A stretch of 64,000 nucleotides of DNA. Origin: Octopus vulgaris. Lineage: Eukaryota. The DNA lies in contig OX597817.1 of assembly GCA_951406725.2 (NCBI GenBank), forward strand, positions 158,782,001 to 158,846,000. The letters run 5' to 3'. Shown here piece after piece: positions 51,718 to 63,982 of this stretch; positions within the stretch are counted from its first letter, which is position 1; every line of letters begins with the position of its first letter. The notes beneath the pieces are model-generated. The model did no database searches. It saw only the letters and a list, made by a program, of their open reading frames with translations, and was not told the DNA's origin. The translations under genes were made by a program, and so were the position numbers.

Positions 51718-52154
51718 CCACACAGATTCTGTCTACCAAATTTACTCACAAAGCATTGGCGCAAGGCTATAAGTAGAAGACATTTATCCAAGGTGGTGCA
51801 CTGTGGGAATGAACCAGAAACCCTGTGGTTGCAAAGCAAGCTTCTTAACCACACAGCTATACCTACAGAGTCGATTCGAAGGAAAAGAAAAAAAGTATCT
51901 GTCTTTGCAATGGTTATCACACTTAACTGTTTTGCAAGTAGTGCACGGTTCAATTGCTGTTTAGAACTATTAACTTCAAGGTTTATCTTTTATATTTGTT
52001 TATGTAGTTGCTGTTTTGTTTTCATTGATGTTTTGCAAAACATATTTAGCTTCCATTTGTGGTGCTATATTTGTGTTCATGGGTTGAAACTCTGCATGAA
52101 CTTATTTCATGCAGAGTTCTTGCAAGAGTATTATATAAATATCTTTTAATAATA

Positions 52155-52546
52155 GGCATAGGAGTGGCTATGTGGTAAGTAGCTTGCTTACGAACTACAT
52201 GGTTCCAGGTTCAGTCCCACTGCGTGGCACCTTGGGCAAGTGTCTTCTACTATAGCCTCGGGCTGACCAAAGCCTTGTGAGTGGATTTGGTAGACGGAAA
52301 CTGAAAGAAACCCATCATATATATGTATATATATATATGTATGTGTATGTGTGTTTGTCCCCCCCCCCAACATTGCTTGACAACCGATGCTGGTGTGCTT
52401 ATGTCCTGTAACTTAGTGGTTCAGCAAAAGAGGCCGATAGAATAAGTACTAGGCTTACAAAGAATCAGTCCTGGGTCGATCTGCTCGACTAAAGGTGGTG
52501 CTCCAGCATGGCCTCAGTCAAATGACTGACACAAGTAAAAGAGTAA
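52155..52546 (+). mobile_element. SINE family A, full length
   Basis: Matches the 11172 copy. Confidence 0.9.
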
Positions 52547-52567
52547 TATTATATACTAATGTTTGAA

Positions 52568-52872
52568 GGCACGTGGCTCAGCAGTTAGGCTATTGCACTC
52601 ATGATTGCTAGGCTGTGGGTTCAGTTCCCAGACGGAGCGGCACATTATGTTCTTGAGTAAAACACTTCATTTCACAATGCTCCAGTCCGCTCAGCTGAAA
52701 ATGAGTAACCATTTGTGGTAACCCTGTGACGGAAAGCTTTCAGATCGGGAGGAATGTTGGGCTGCTTGCCTAGCCAGTGGGCTGGCATCACCTGAAAGCT
52801 AAAATGATGCAAAAGTTCATTGTGACCAGCAATGTATAGCAACATCTGATAGTCTGGTTGATCACGTGATCA
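52568..52872 (+). mobile_element. tRNA-derived SINE family F
   Basis: GGCACGTGGCTCAGCAGTTAGG head, TTCTTGAGTAAAACACTT core; matches 3730 and 55955(-) copies. Confidence 0.65.
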
Positions 52873-53162
52873 GGTGATTTGCTAATGTATTGTCTTCATC
52901 ATCATCATCATCATTATCACGTCTTACTATAACATTGTTGTTGCCATTAAGTCACAGATCAGTCTCAATCAAAGATATGTACCAGCTGTATATTTGCATA
53001 AATTAAACTATAATTCTGTATTGGCTTTATACCAATGTAAATCATTTTGGCTACAAATATATTTGGCTATTTGTGTGTATATGTATGTATGCATGTGAGT
53101 GTGTGTATATATGCAAGTGTGTGTATATATGCACATGTATGTATATGCTGTACATGCTTACA

Positions 53163-53205
<43 letters not shown>

Positions 53206-53208
<3 letters not shown>

Positions 53209-53423
53209 CTTTACTACCCACAAGGGGCTAAACACAGAGGGGACAAACAAGGACAGACAAAGGGATTAAGTCGACTACATCGACCCCAGTGCGTAACTGG
53301 TACTTAATTTATCGACACCGAAAGGATGAAAGGCAAAGTCGACCTCGGCGGAATTTGAACTCGGAACGTAACAACAGACGAATTTCGTCCGGCGTGCTAA
53401 CGTTTCTACCAGCTCGCCGCCTT
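53206..53423 (-). mobile_element. SINE family E inserted in (TA)n
   Basis: Matches the 40427 and 51486 copies. Confidence 0.85.
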
Positions 53424-54693
53424 GCATATATATATGCATGTGCACATGTACATCTAAGCATACATGTTTATAGTTTATGTTCGCATGTGTGTGTGTGTAT
53501 GTATGTTTGTGTGTGCGCATGTGTGTGTGTTTGTGTGTATATGTATGTATGCATGTGAGTGTGTGTATATATGCAAGTGTGTGTATATATGCACATGTAT
53601 GTATATGCTGTACATGCTTACAAGATATATATATATATGCATGTGCACATGTACATGTGCATACATGTTTATAGTTTATGTTCGCATGTGTGTGTATGTA
53701 TGTATGTGTGTGCCCATGTGTGTGTGTGCGCATGTGTGTGTGTGAGTGTGTGTGTGTGTTTGTATATATAATGAAACGAAACATCTGTATGAAATATTAA
53801 TAACTAGAGTGGGACAGGAAATATGATCTAATCAGAAAGATGTCAAAATTATCTAATTTGTTGATTGGTGTGTTTACATATATGCATGTGTGTGTGTGTG
53901 TATGTATGTCTGCATGTGCATATGTGTGTGTGTGGTATATGCTTGTATGTATGTGTGTGTTTTGTCGCCCTCTGCAACTCTCAGCTGTCTGCAATATAAT
54001 GAGGACACTTGTGAGATAACTAAGTATCACCAGATGCAGCAATGGAATGTTAATGGTCTCCAATTATGTAAACAGATTGATGACTTCTTCGTTCTTATAT
54101 CTCTGTGGAATTGGGTGTTGTTGTTGTTGTTGTTGTTGTTGCTGATGACGATGTTGTTTTTAAAGGTTTATTGTTATTATTATTTTCTGCCTGTTTTCTT
54201 TTTCTCGTAAAACTTTTGCATATACTTGTTCCACCTCACCGGGGATGCATGAGCTAATTGCTATATGGTCATACGACCTTTTAGAAATAGCAGCCAAATT
54301 TCCCTCATGTCATATTTTACCATATTATTAATACAGGACGTGTCAGATAATGTGCCACTAGGTGCCTTGCTCATCAGCCCTTCAGCATTTAGATCGGCCA
54401 TATCCAGCCCAAATAGTCTACCTGTTTTCTGTTCAGACTAGCCAGATCAGACCTTTTACACCTGTCCTACAGCATCATTCTAAAAATAAACAATCACATC
54501 ATCAAAATCTCAGATTTACGAGATAATCCATGATTAATTCAAAACAATGCGAATAAATAAGCATTGCTTTTGACAGAATTATCTGAATGCTAAGGGATTT
54601 AAAGAATTATGGGAGGGTCCTGACTGGAATGCCTTTCATCATGAGTCTGCTAGACCAGGACTGACCCGAGGCTAAACAATAACAGCAACACGA

Positions 54694-55079
54694 TAGGAGT
54701 GGCTGTGTGGTGAGTAGCTTGCTTACCAACCACATGGTTCCGGGTTCAGTCCCACTGCGTGGCACCTTGGGCAATGTCTTCTGCTATAGTCTTGGGCCGA
54801 CCAAAGCCTTGTGAGTGGATTTGGTAGACAGAAACTGAAAGAAGCCCATTGTATATATGTATGTGTATGTATAGGTTTGTATGTCTGTGTTTATCCCCCC
54901 CCAACATTGCTTGACAACCGATGCTGGTATGTTTACTTCCCCGTAACTTAGCGGTTTGGCAAAAGAGACCGATAGAATAAGTACTAGGCTTCCAAAGAAT
55001 AAGTCCTGGGGTCGATTTGCTCGACTAAAGATGGTGCTCCAGCATGGCTGCAGTCAAATGACTGAAACAAATAAAAGAA
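54694..55079 (+). mobile_element. SINE family A, full length
   Basis: Matches the 11172 copy. Confidence 0.9.
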
Positions 55080-55102
55080 TATATCCATGGTAAATACATA
55101 TA

Positions 55103-55236
55103 TGCTGGCAGAAGGAGTTAGTCAACCATGAGCTGTTCGAGCAGTCCTCACTGATAATGCCTACAGTACAGGTGAAACTAGATCTATTCTGAGGATCCTC
55201 ATGTCGCTTGTGGGTCGGTTACCTCCCCTGTCAGCA
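55103..55236 (+). ncRNA. Degenerate type I hammerhead fold at the apex of a long hairpin
   Basis: Stem I TCCTCA/TGAGGA (55145-50 / 55190-95), core CTGATAA, stem II GCCT/AGGT, GAAA 55174-77, near-palindromic stem III ACTAGATCTATT, TTC site; distal arm TGCTGGCAG/CTGTCAGCA. Confidence 0.6.
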
Positions 55237-55242
55237 TGTGTA

Positions 55243-55765
55243 TATCATCATCATCCTCATTTAACATCCGCTTTCCATGCTAGCATGGGTTGGACGGTTC
55301 AACTGGGGTCTGGGGAGCCCGAAGGCTGCACCAGGCCAGTCAGATCTGGCAGTGTTTCTACAGCTGGATGCCCTTCCTAACGCCAACCACTCCGAGAGTG
55401 TAGTGGGTGATTTTATGTGCCACCGACACAGGTGCCAGACGAGGCTGGCAGACGGCCACGCTCGGATGGTGTTTTTTATGTGCCACCGACACAGGTACCA
55501 GACGAGGCTGGCAGACGGCCAAGCTCGGATGGTGTTTTTTATGTGCCACCGACACAGGTGCCAGATGAGGCTGGCGAACGGCCACGATCGGATGGTGTTT
55601 GTTACGTGCCCACAGCACGGAGGCCAGTCGATGCGGTACTGGCTACGGTCACGTTCGGATGGTTTTCTTGTGTGCCACCGGCATTGGTACCGCAAAGATA
55701 CAAATTCCATTGATGTTCATCTATTTTGATTTGGTTTGATTTGATTTTATTTGATTTTGATTTTA
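55243..55765 (-). mobile_element. RTE 3'-end repeat (family B) with 63-bp tandem units
   Basis: (CAT)n tail; three near-identical 63-bp units plus two diverged ones; (AAATC)n at the element 5' end. Confidence 0.85.
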
Positions 55766-56701
55766 TATATATATATATATATATATATTTGTGCTCCTCT
55801 TACAGCATTAAAAGCATTTTAACTCTTATTTCTAGCAATGTAGGTGCTTCGGCATCCTTAGTCACACTTAGTGATGATTGAATTTTTCCTTTATGGTATC
55901 ACATTGCACCTAGCTGTTTACATCAATTATATATATGTGTGTGTGTGTGTGTCACTGTATCATGGTATTGACCAGATGTTGTTATACATCACTGGTCACA
56001 ATGCACTTTGCATTGTCTTACTCTTTGGATGATGCCACCCCACTAGCTAGGTATGCAGGCCAACATTTCCCCTGATCAGAAGACTTTTCTTTTGCAGGGT
56101 TAATCATTTACGGCTGAGTGGACTGGAGCAACATGAAATGAAGTGTTTTGCTTAAGAGCACAACATGCCACCTAGTATGGGAATTGAACCCACGATCAAG
56201 TAATCTAACTACTAGGTCACTTGTCTTCATTTATGTCTGTATGTATGTATATATGATATCTTCCTTGTATTGTTGTTCAGAAATGATACTTATCACTTAC
56301 GTTATTAAGCTACCTGGTGGGGTGGTTAAATTTCTAAATTAAAGAATAGAAAGGTCATCGAATTGACCCCTGTTTCAGATACAAAGCTATTTGATATTCT
56401 TAATGAGCTGCATGGTTCGAAACCTATTCACCTGACAAGTCAAGATGATTATCTGGTTTCAATTTCCAGTTGATGAACAAGTTTATTTCAATCATACACC
56501 CCTGGAAAGATACAAACATTACATATCTGATTCTCATCTTCCTTTTTGGGATAAAGGCCTTCCTGTCTAACCCTAAAAGAAACCAACATTATTTGATATT
56601 CTTATAGTGTACTTCTACCATTATTACCCTGCAAGCATATCCAACCACCAATAAACTACATGCCACTTTTTTCATCCAGTTTGTTTATTTGCTTGATTTC
56701 T

Positions 56702-56909
56702 TTAACCCTTGGCATTTAAACCAGCCATATCTGGTCCCAATATTCTTCCTGTTTTACGTTCAAACTGGTTAGATTTAACCTCTTACACCTGCCCTCAAAT
56801 TTCATTCTAAAAATATACAATCACATCAAGATAATACATGGTTGATTCAAAACAATGTGAATAGGTAAGTATTACATTTGACTAAGTAATCTGAATTCAA
56901 AAGGGTTAA
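56702..56909 (+). mobile_element. piggyBac-type MITE family D
   Basis: TTAA-CCCTT ... AAGGG-TTAA. Confidence 0.75.
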
Positions 56910-57024
56910 GTTTCTATTTAGATAAACTACTAAAGCTATGAAATCCAGATTTTTTTTTTTTAAATAATATTTTTGTTTTATAAAATGTTGGTGTTTTGTA
57001 GCCAGCTATTTTAATATTCAGAAA

Positions 57025-57360
57025 CTCTGCCAGACTCGTCTGGCACCTGTAGCGCCGCCCCGACTGGCCTCGTGCCGGTGGCACGTAAAAAGCACCATCC
57101 GTTCGTGGCCGTTGCCAGCCTCGCCTGGCCCTTGTGCCGATGGCACATAAAAAGCACCATCCGATCGTGGCCGTTTGCCATACTCGTCTGGCACGTAAAA
57201 AGCACCCACTACACTCATGGAGTGGTTGGCGTTAGGAAGGGCATCCAGCCGTAGAAACATTGCCAGATCAGACTGGAGCCTGGTGCAGCCTTCTGGCTTC
57301 CCAGACCCCAGTTGAACCATCCAACCCATGCTAGCATGGAAAGCAGATGCTAAACGATGA
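57025..57360 (+). mobile_element. RTE 3'-end repeat (family B)
   Basis: Three GGCAC(G/A)TAAAAAGCACC units and short GAT tail abutting the next LINE. Confidence 0.8.
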
Positions 57361-58600
57361 TGTAAGCTATGGACACATAAGAGGTGCAGCAATATCAAAG
57401 GAAGGCTAACTGGGAAGATAGTTTTTGTATGTGGCAAATGCTCAGGAGCATTAAACACTAAAAATGTGCAGAGAACAGCTTCTGTCACATTCCAGGGAGA
57501 AAAACTACAAGTAGTTGATTGCTTCCATTACCTAGGTGACCAAGTCAGTAGCAGGGGGTGGGGGTGCTCTGAAAGTGTAGCTGCTAGAAAAAGAATAGCC
57601 TGGGCAAAGTTCAGAGAGCTCCTACTTCTGCTGGTGACAAAGGGCCTCTCGCTCAGAGTAAAAGGTAGACAGTGTGACGCATGTGTACGAACAGCCATGT
57701 TACATGGCAGTGAAACATGAGCTGTGACTGCTGAGGACATGCATAAGCTTGCAAAGAATGAAGCCAGTATGCTCTGCTGGATGTGTAATGTCACTGTGCA
57801 TTCATGACAGAGTGTAAGCACCCTGAAAGAAAAGTTGGACTTAAGAAGCATCAGATGAGGTGTGCAAGAGAGATGACTGCGCTAGTATAGTCATATGTTG
57901 CAAATGGATGAGGACAGCTGTGTGAAGAAGTTCCACACCCTAGCAGTTGAGGGAACCTGTGGAAGAAGTAGACCCAGGAAGACCTGGGATGGGTGGTGAA
58001 GCACGACCTTCGAACATTGGACCTCACTGAGATATGCTGTGCTTGAGAAGACCCGACAAGCCAAGTGAAACCATAACTCATGGCCTGTGCCATTGGTGTA
58101 TAACCAGCCCACTTATGAGTACCCTTCATTCATTGGACAATAAACTTTTCTTGTGAAGACCTGTTGAGGCAAGTGAAACCAAAATCGCTGACGTGGCCAA
58201 TGACAGTACCACCTGATTGGCACTCGTGTCAGTGGAACGTTAAAAGCACCATCCAAAATGTGTTCGTTGCCAGGGCCCCTGACTGGCTCCCGTGCTGGTG
58301 GCACATAAAAAGCATTATTCGAGTGTGGTTGTTGCCAGTGCTGCTGGACTAGCTCCCGTGCAGGTGGCACATATAAAACACCTTTTGTGTGTGGTCGTTG
58401 CCAGTACCGCCTTACTGGCCCTTGTGCCAGAGGCATATAAAAGCATCCACTACACTCTCGGAGTGGTTGGTGTTAGGAAGGGCATCCAGCTGTAGAAACT
58501 TTGCCAGATCAGATTGCAGCCTTCTAGCTCACCAGTCCTCAGTCAAACCGTCCAACCCATGCCAGCATGGAAAGCAGACGTTAAACGACGATGATGATGA
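57361..58600 (+). mobile_element. 5'-truncated RTE LINE: ORF2 C-terminus, repeat-containing 3'UTR, (GAT)n tail
   Basis: EKLQVVDCFHYLGD..RIAWAKFRELL..LSLRVKGR..CVRTAMLHGSET..RSRPRKTW, running into family B sequence; shows family B is this LINE's 3' end. Confidence 0.85.
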
Positions 58601-59893
58601 GAGTGAGGCACTGGTTGTATGTAATCAAAATCTATTTCTAAAAAAAAAATGAAATGCAGCAGAAATATGTTTTTAAACATAATAATATAGCAACATAATT
58701 TATTTCAGATACTGGCTGCTATAATTGTTGCCAAAATATTAACAACTTGCTACATATGTAGGGAAAAATTTCATTTTGTTTTGGTTAATATTAGGTCAGT
58801 TATTTGGCATATGGAATGGTGTTGTGGAAGAGGTGCACAGCAAACATAGCTGCACTTGTTGAATAGTTAATGTTTAAACTGTACAGCACTGTATATCCTC
58901 CTCTCATCATCATCACCATCATCATAATTTAGCAACCACTTTTCTATGCTTGCCTGGGTCAGGTGGAATTTGTTGAGGCAGATTTTCTACAGTTGGATGC
59001 TCTTCCTGTTACCAATCCTCACCTGTTTCCAAGCAAGGTAACATTTTCTCCATAGCCAGATATGTTCTTCATGGAAGTGTGAAAACAGACAATCTTGCTT
59101 GTATGACAATGATGATCATTTACAGCCATCTAGAGAAAGGTAAACACACACACAGAGACATACATACACACATACATACACACATACATACATACATACA
59201 CACATACATACATACATGCATGCATACACACATACATACATACATATATACACACACACACACATACATACATACATCCCCACTCATCATACATACACAC
59301 ATACAAAGACCTTTCAGTTTCCATCCCCCAAATCTGCTCACAAGGTTTTGGCTGGCCATGGGCTATAGTAGAAGACACCTGACTAAGGTACCACACAGTG
59401 GGACTGAAGCCAAGACAACATGGTTGGGGAGCAAGCTTTCTATCCATACAGCCACACATCCACACTTTTATCCAGTCATCATCATCTTCATTTAACATCC
59501 ATTTTCCATGCTGGCATGGCTTGAACAATTAGGGAGGAGTTGGCCAGCCGGGAGCTGTCCAAACTCCAGTTTTGTGTTTTGGGATGGTTGTAAATGATCA
59601 TCATTGTCATATAAGCGAGGTTGTTAGTTTTCACTCTTCCATGAACAACATAACTAGCCATGAGGAAATGTTACCTTGCTTGGAAATAGGTGAGGATTGG
59701 CAACAGGAAGAGCATCCAACTGTAGAAAATCTGCCCCAACAAATTCCACCTGACCCATGCAAGCATAGAAAAGTGGATGTTAAACAACAACAGTGTGTGT
59801 TCTGTAATTTTTTTCTTGATTCCATCACTGTTTTATTATACCTAATGAACTCCAGTCATTTGTTTCCTTATAATGCCACTGCCTAATATTATC

Positions 59894-60121
59894 TTAACCC
59901 TTTCGTATTCAGATTATTTTGTCAAATGTAATGTTTTTTCATTGACATTGTTTATAATTAATCATACTTTATTTTGTAGCTATAAAGTTTTCATGTTGAG
60001 GTTGTATATTTCTAGAATGGCATTGAAGGGTAGGTGTGATAGGTTGGATCTGACTAGTTAGATCATAAAGCATGTAGAATATTTGGGCCGGATATGGCCT
60101 GTTTAAATACTAAAGGGTTAA
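59894..60121 (-). mobile_element. piggyBac-type MITE family D
   Basis: TTAA-CCCTTTCGTATT ... AATACTAAAGGG-TTAA. Confidence 0.8.
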
Positions 60122-60448
60122 GCCAATCATGAGTGACGTGCAGGTTACAGAACCTTCTGAATGGCACACCTAACAAAAAAGTTACCTTGAATTGCTTTTT
60201 CAGTTGTGCTGTCCAACTAATGATGAAGTATGTCTCATGAAGCCCACCTTTCAAAAGAGGTTTCTCATCATGCCTGTTCTCAGCTGTGGCAGCAGCACTA
60301 TTTAAATTTTTGTTAATTATTCACCCAATCATCTTTAATATTTCTTCTTCTGATCTGCGATGATCAGGGCTGCACCAGGTTCCATTTTCGGTTTATTTTC
60401 TACAGCTCAATGCTTTTTCTAATGCCAACCACTTTACAGAGTGTACTA

Positions 60449-62212
60449 GATGCTTTTTACATGGTACCATCACTATTGCTTTTTATGTGACACCAGCACC
60501 ACTGCTTTTTACATGCCACCATCATCAGTGCTTTTTACATGTCACCATCACCAATGCTTTTTACGTAGTACCATCACCAGTGCTTTTTACATTCCACCAT
60601 CATCAGTGCTTTTTCCATGGTACCATCATCAATGCTTTTTATGTGGTACCATCACCAGCGCTGTTTATGTGGCACCATCACCAGTGCTGTTTATGTGGTA
60701 CCATCACCAGTGCTGTTTATGTGGCACCATCACCAGTGCTTTTTACATGCCACCATCATCAGTGCTTTTTCCATGGTACCATCATCAATGCTTTTTATGT
60801 GGTACCATCACCAGCGCTGTTTATGTGGCACCATCACCAGTGCTGTTTATGTGGTACCATCACCAGTGCTGTTTACGTGGCACCATCACCAGTGCTGTTT
60901 ACATTCCACCATCATCAGTGCTTTTTCCATGGTACCATCATCAATGCTTTTTATGTGGTACCATCACCAGTGCTGTTTACATTCCACCATCATCAGTGCT
61001 TTTTCCATGGTACCATCATCAATGCTTTTTATGTGGTACCATCACCAGTGCTGTTTATGTGGCACCATCACCAGTGCTGTTTATGTGGCACCATCACCAG
61101 CGCTGTTTATGTGGCACCATCACCAGTGCTGTTTACGTGGCACCATCACCAGTGCTGTTTATGTGGTACCATCACCAGCGCTGTTTATGTGGCACCATCA
61201 CCAGTGCTGTTTATGTGGCACCATCACCAGTGCTGTTTATGTGGTACCATCACCAGCGCTGTTTACATGCCACCATCACCAGTGCTTTTTACATGCCACC
61301 ATCACCAGTGCTTTTTACATGCCACCATCACCAGTGCTGTTTACGTGGCACCATCACCAGTGCTGTTTATGTGGCACCATCACCAGTGCTGTTTACGTGG
61401 CACCATCACCAGTGCTGTTTACATGGCACCATCACCAGTACTTTTTATGTGGCACCATCACCAGTGCTGTTTATGTGGTACCATCACCAGCGCTGTTTAC
61501 ATGCCACCATCACCAGTGCTTTTTACATGGCACCATCACCAGTGCTTTTTACATGCCACCATCACCAGTGCTTTTTACATGCCACCATCACCAGTGCTTT
61601 TTACATGCCACCATCACCAGTGCTGTTTACGTGGCACCATCACCAGTGCTGTTTATGTGGCACCATCACCAGTGCTGTTTATGTGGCACCATCACCAGTG
61701 CTGTTTATGTGGCACCATCACCAGTGCTTTTTACATGCCACCATCACCAGTGCTGTTTACGTGGCACCATCACCAGTGCTGTTTACGTGGCACCATCACC
61801 AGTGCTGTTTACGTGGCACCATCACCAGTGCTGTTTATGTGGTACCATCACCAGTGCTGTTTATGTGGCACCATCACCAGTGCTGTTTACGTGGCACCAT
61901 CACCAGTACTTTTTACATGGCACCATCACCAGTGCTTTTTATGTGGCACCATCACCAGTACTTTTTATGTGGCACCATCACCAGTACTTTTTACATGGCA
62001 CCATCACCAGTACTTTTTATGTGGCACCATCACCAGTGCTTTTTACGTGGTACCATCACCAGTGCTTTTTACGTGGTACCATCACCAGTGCTGTTTATGT
62101 GGCACCATCACCCGTACTTTTTACATGGCACCATCACCAGTGATTTTTACGTGGCACTATCACCATTACTTTTTACATATGTTGTTTATGTGGCACCAGC
62201 ATCAGTGCTTCT
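60449..62212. repeat. 26-bp minisatellite (~67-68 units) grown from a family B element
   Basis: Unit CCATCACCAGTGCTGTTTATGTGGCA with variants; preceded at 60365-60448 by a diverged family B segment (GGCTGCACCAGG..TTCTACAGCT..AATGCCAACCAC). Confidence 0.95.
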
Positions 62213-62974
62213 AGTTATGATATTTTGTTAGATGTGTAAATGTTGCAATATGGATCAAAAGATTATGAGGCTAAACCGTATTACAGCCATTGCGTTGTTT
62301 CTAGACAAGTCAGAGAATTACTCTGTTTGATTTAGACTGTTGAGCTGAAAATTGTTATTAATCCTTGGATTTAGCTGTAATAAGAGTAAACAACTGTAAA
62401 AATACTTCAACAGTTTTGAAGCAATTATCTAAATTAAAAAACAGAAAATGTATTATTTTTATTATGGTTTTTTTTTTTCTTTCCTGGAAGTATTGAGATA
62501 AAGAGTTCTTAAAGCAAAACCTCTCGGAATTTTGGTGCAAAGAATCTAAAATGGAACTTATGTAAAAAAATGGTTTTTGGTATTAATGCATTTTTATCCA
62601 CATATGTAGAAAAGATGTTAAACTGAGAAATTTGAGAGGAATGTGGTTAATGTTGAATAATGTGAGTTATATATATATATATATATATTAAATGTTGGCT
62701 CCTAGTTCATACTGAGTTACATCATAGAGGTATGACTCATCAAGACATTATGCCAACAACAAGCAGTAGATTTTCCTGGACTGTAATATTAACTGAATAG
62801 AAACAGAAACGGGGAGAAAAGAAAAAAAAAAATCAAAATCAAAAAATAAAAAAAAATAGTTAAAAGGAAAAGAAAGATTCATTTCTGTAGTTGAATGCTG
62901 ACGGTTAAGAAACTGGTGGAGTGTTACAGAGTCTGTAAATTGCTGCCATTGCAAATCTGAATCTACAGTCAAAG

Positions 62975-63005
<31 letters not shown>

Positions 63006-63580
63006 GAAAGAAATGTGTTCTTCATGCAAGCACCACCAACCTGCTCAAACCATTTGTATTAAGGAACTTAATGTCTCACACATTCCTCGCAAGATCATCA
63101 TCATTATAATCATTATCACCACCATCATCATTATCATTTTTAGTATTCCTATGCTTTCTTTTTCTTCTTCTTCTTCTTCTTCTTATTATTATTATCATCA
63201 TTATTATTATCATCATCATTATTGTTATATTAAAGGGTGGTTGATTGGCAGATTAGTAGAGTAACTGAGTGTCTTGAGGTATTTAGTTATTTCCCAAGTT
63301 CAAATACCAGCAAAGTCAACTGCGTTAGATTTGACAAAATAAAGTACCAGTGAAATATTAGGATTAATAAAACAACAGGCTGAAGCAGTGAGCTGGCAGA
63401 ATTGTTAACATGCTGGGTACTTAGAGGCATTTCACCTGTTTTTATGTTCTGAGTTCGAATCCTTCCAAGGTCAACTTTGCCTTTTGGGGTTGATAAAATA
63501 AGTATCAGTTGAGCCGTGAGGTTGATATAATCAACTTAGCCCCTCTCGTGAAATTGCTGGCCTTGTGTCAAAATTTTTAA

Positions 63581-63734
63581 GGTGCAGGAGTGGCTGTGTG
63601 GTAAGTAGCTTGCTTACCAACCACATGGTTCCGGGTTCAGTCCCACTGCATGGCACCTTGGGCAAGTGTCTTCTACTATGGCCTCGTGAGTGGATTTGGT
63701 AGATGGAAACTGAATGAAGCCCATCATATATATG

Positions 63735-63767
<33 letters not shown>

Positions 63768-63982
63768 ATGTTTGTATGTCTGTGTTTGTCCCCCTCAACA
63801 TTGCTTGACAACCGATGCTGGTGTGTTTACGTTCCCGTAACTTAGCAGTTCAACAAAAGAGACCGATAGAATAAGTACTAGGCTTCCAAAGAATAAGTCC
63901 TGGGGTCGATTTGCTCGACTAAAGGTGGTGCTCCTGCATGGCCACAGTCAAATGACTGAAACAAGTAAAAGAGTAAAGAGTA
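63581..63982 (+). mobile_element. SINE family A, full length
   Basis: Matches the 11172 copy. Confidence 0.9.

Noticed and set aside
55405-55690. CRISPR-like repeat-spacer appearance of family B units (also 24290-24520 and the 60.4 kb array)
   Set aside because: The intervening segments are homologous to each other rather than unique spacers; no cas genes; eukaryotic retroelement context
3364-59528. Many 60-170 aa ORFs rich in YI, CV, HT or ER repeats, or recurring EDTCPRCHAVGLNPEPCGW / MLAWVGRF peptides
   Set aside because: Translations of microsatellites and of SINE/LINE-UTR copies, not genes
60450-62231. 593/575/508-aa ORFs as a protein-coding gene
   Set aside because: All three frames give the same periodic peptide, fully explained by a stop-free 26-bp tandem unit derived from a retroelement
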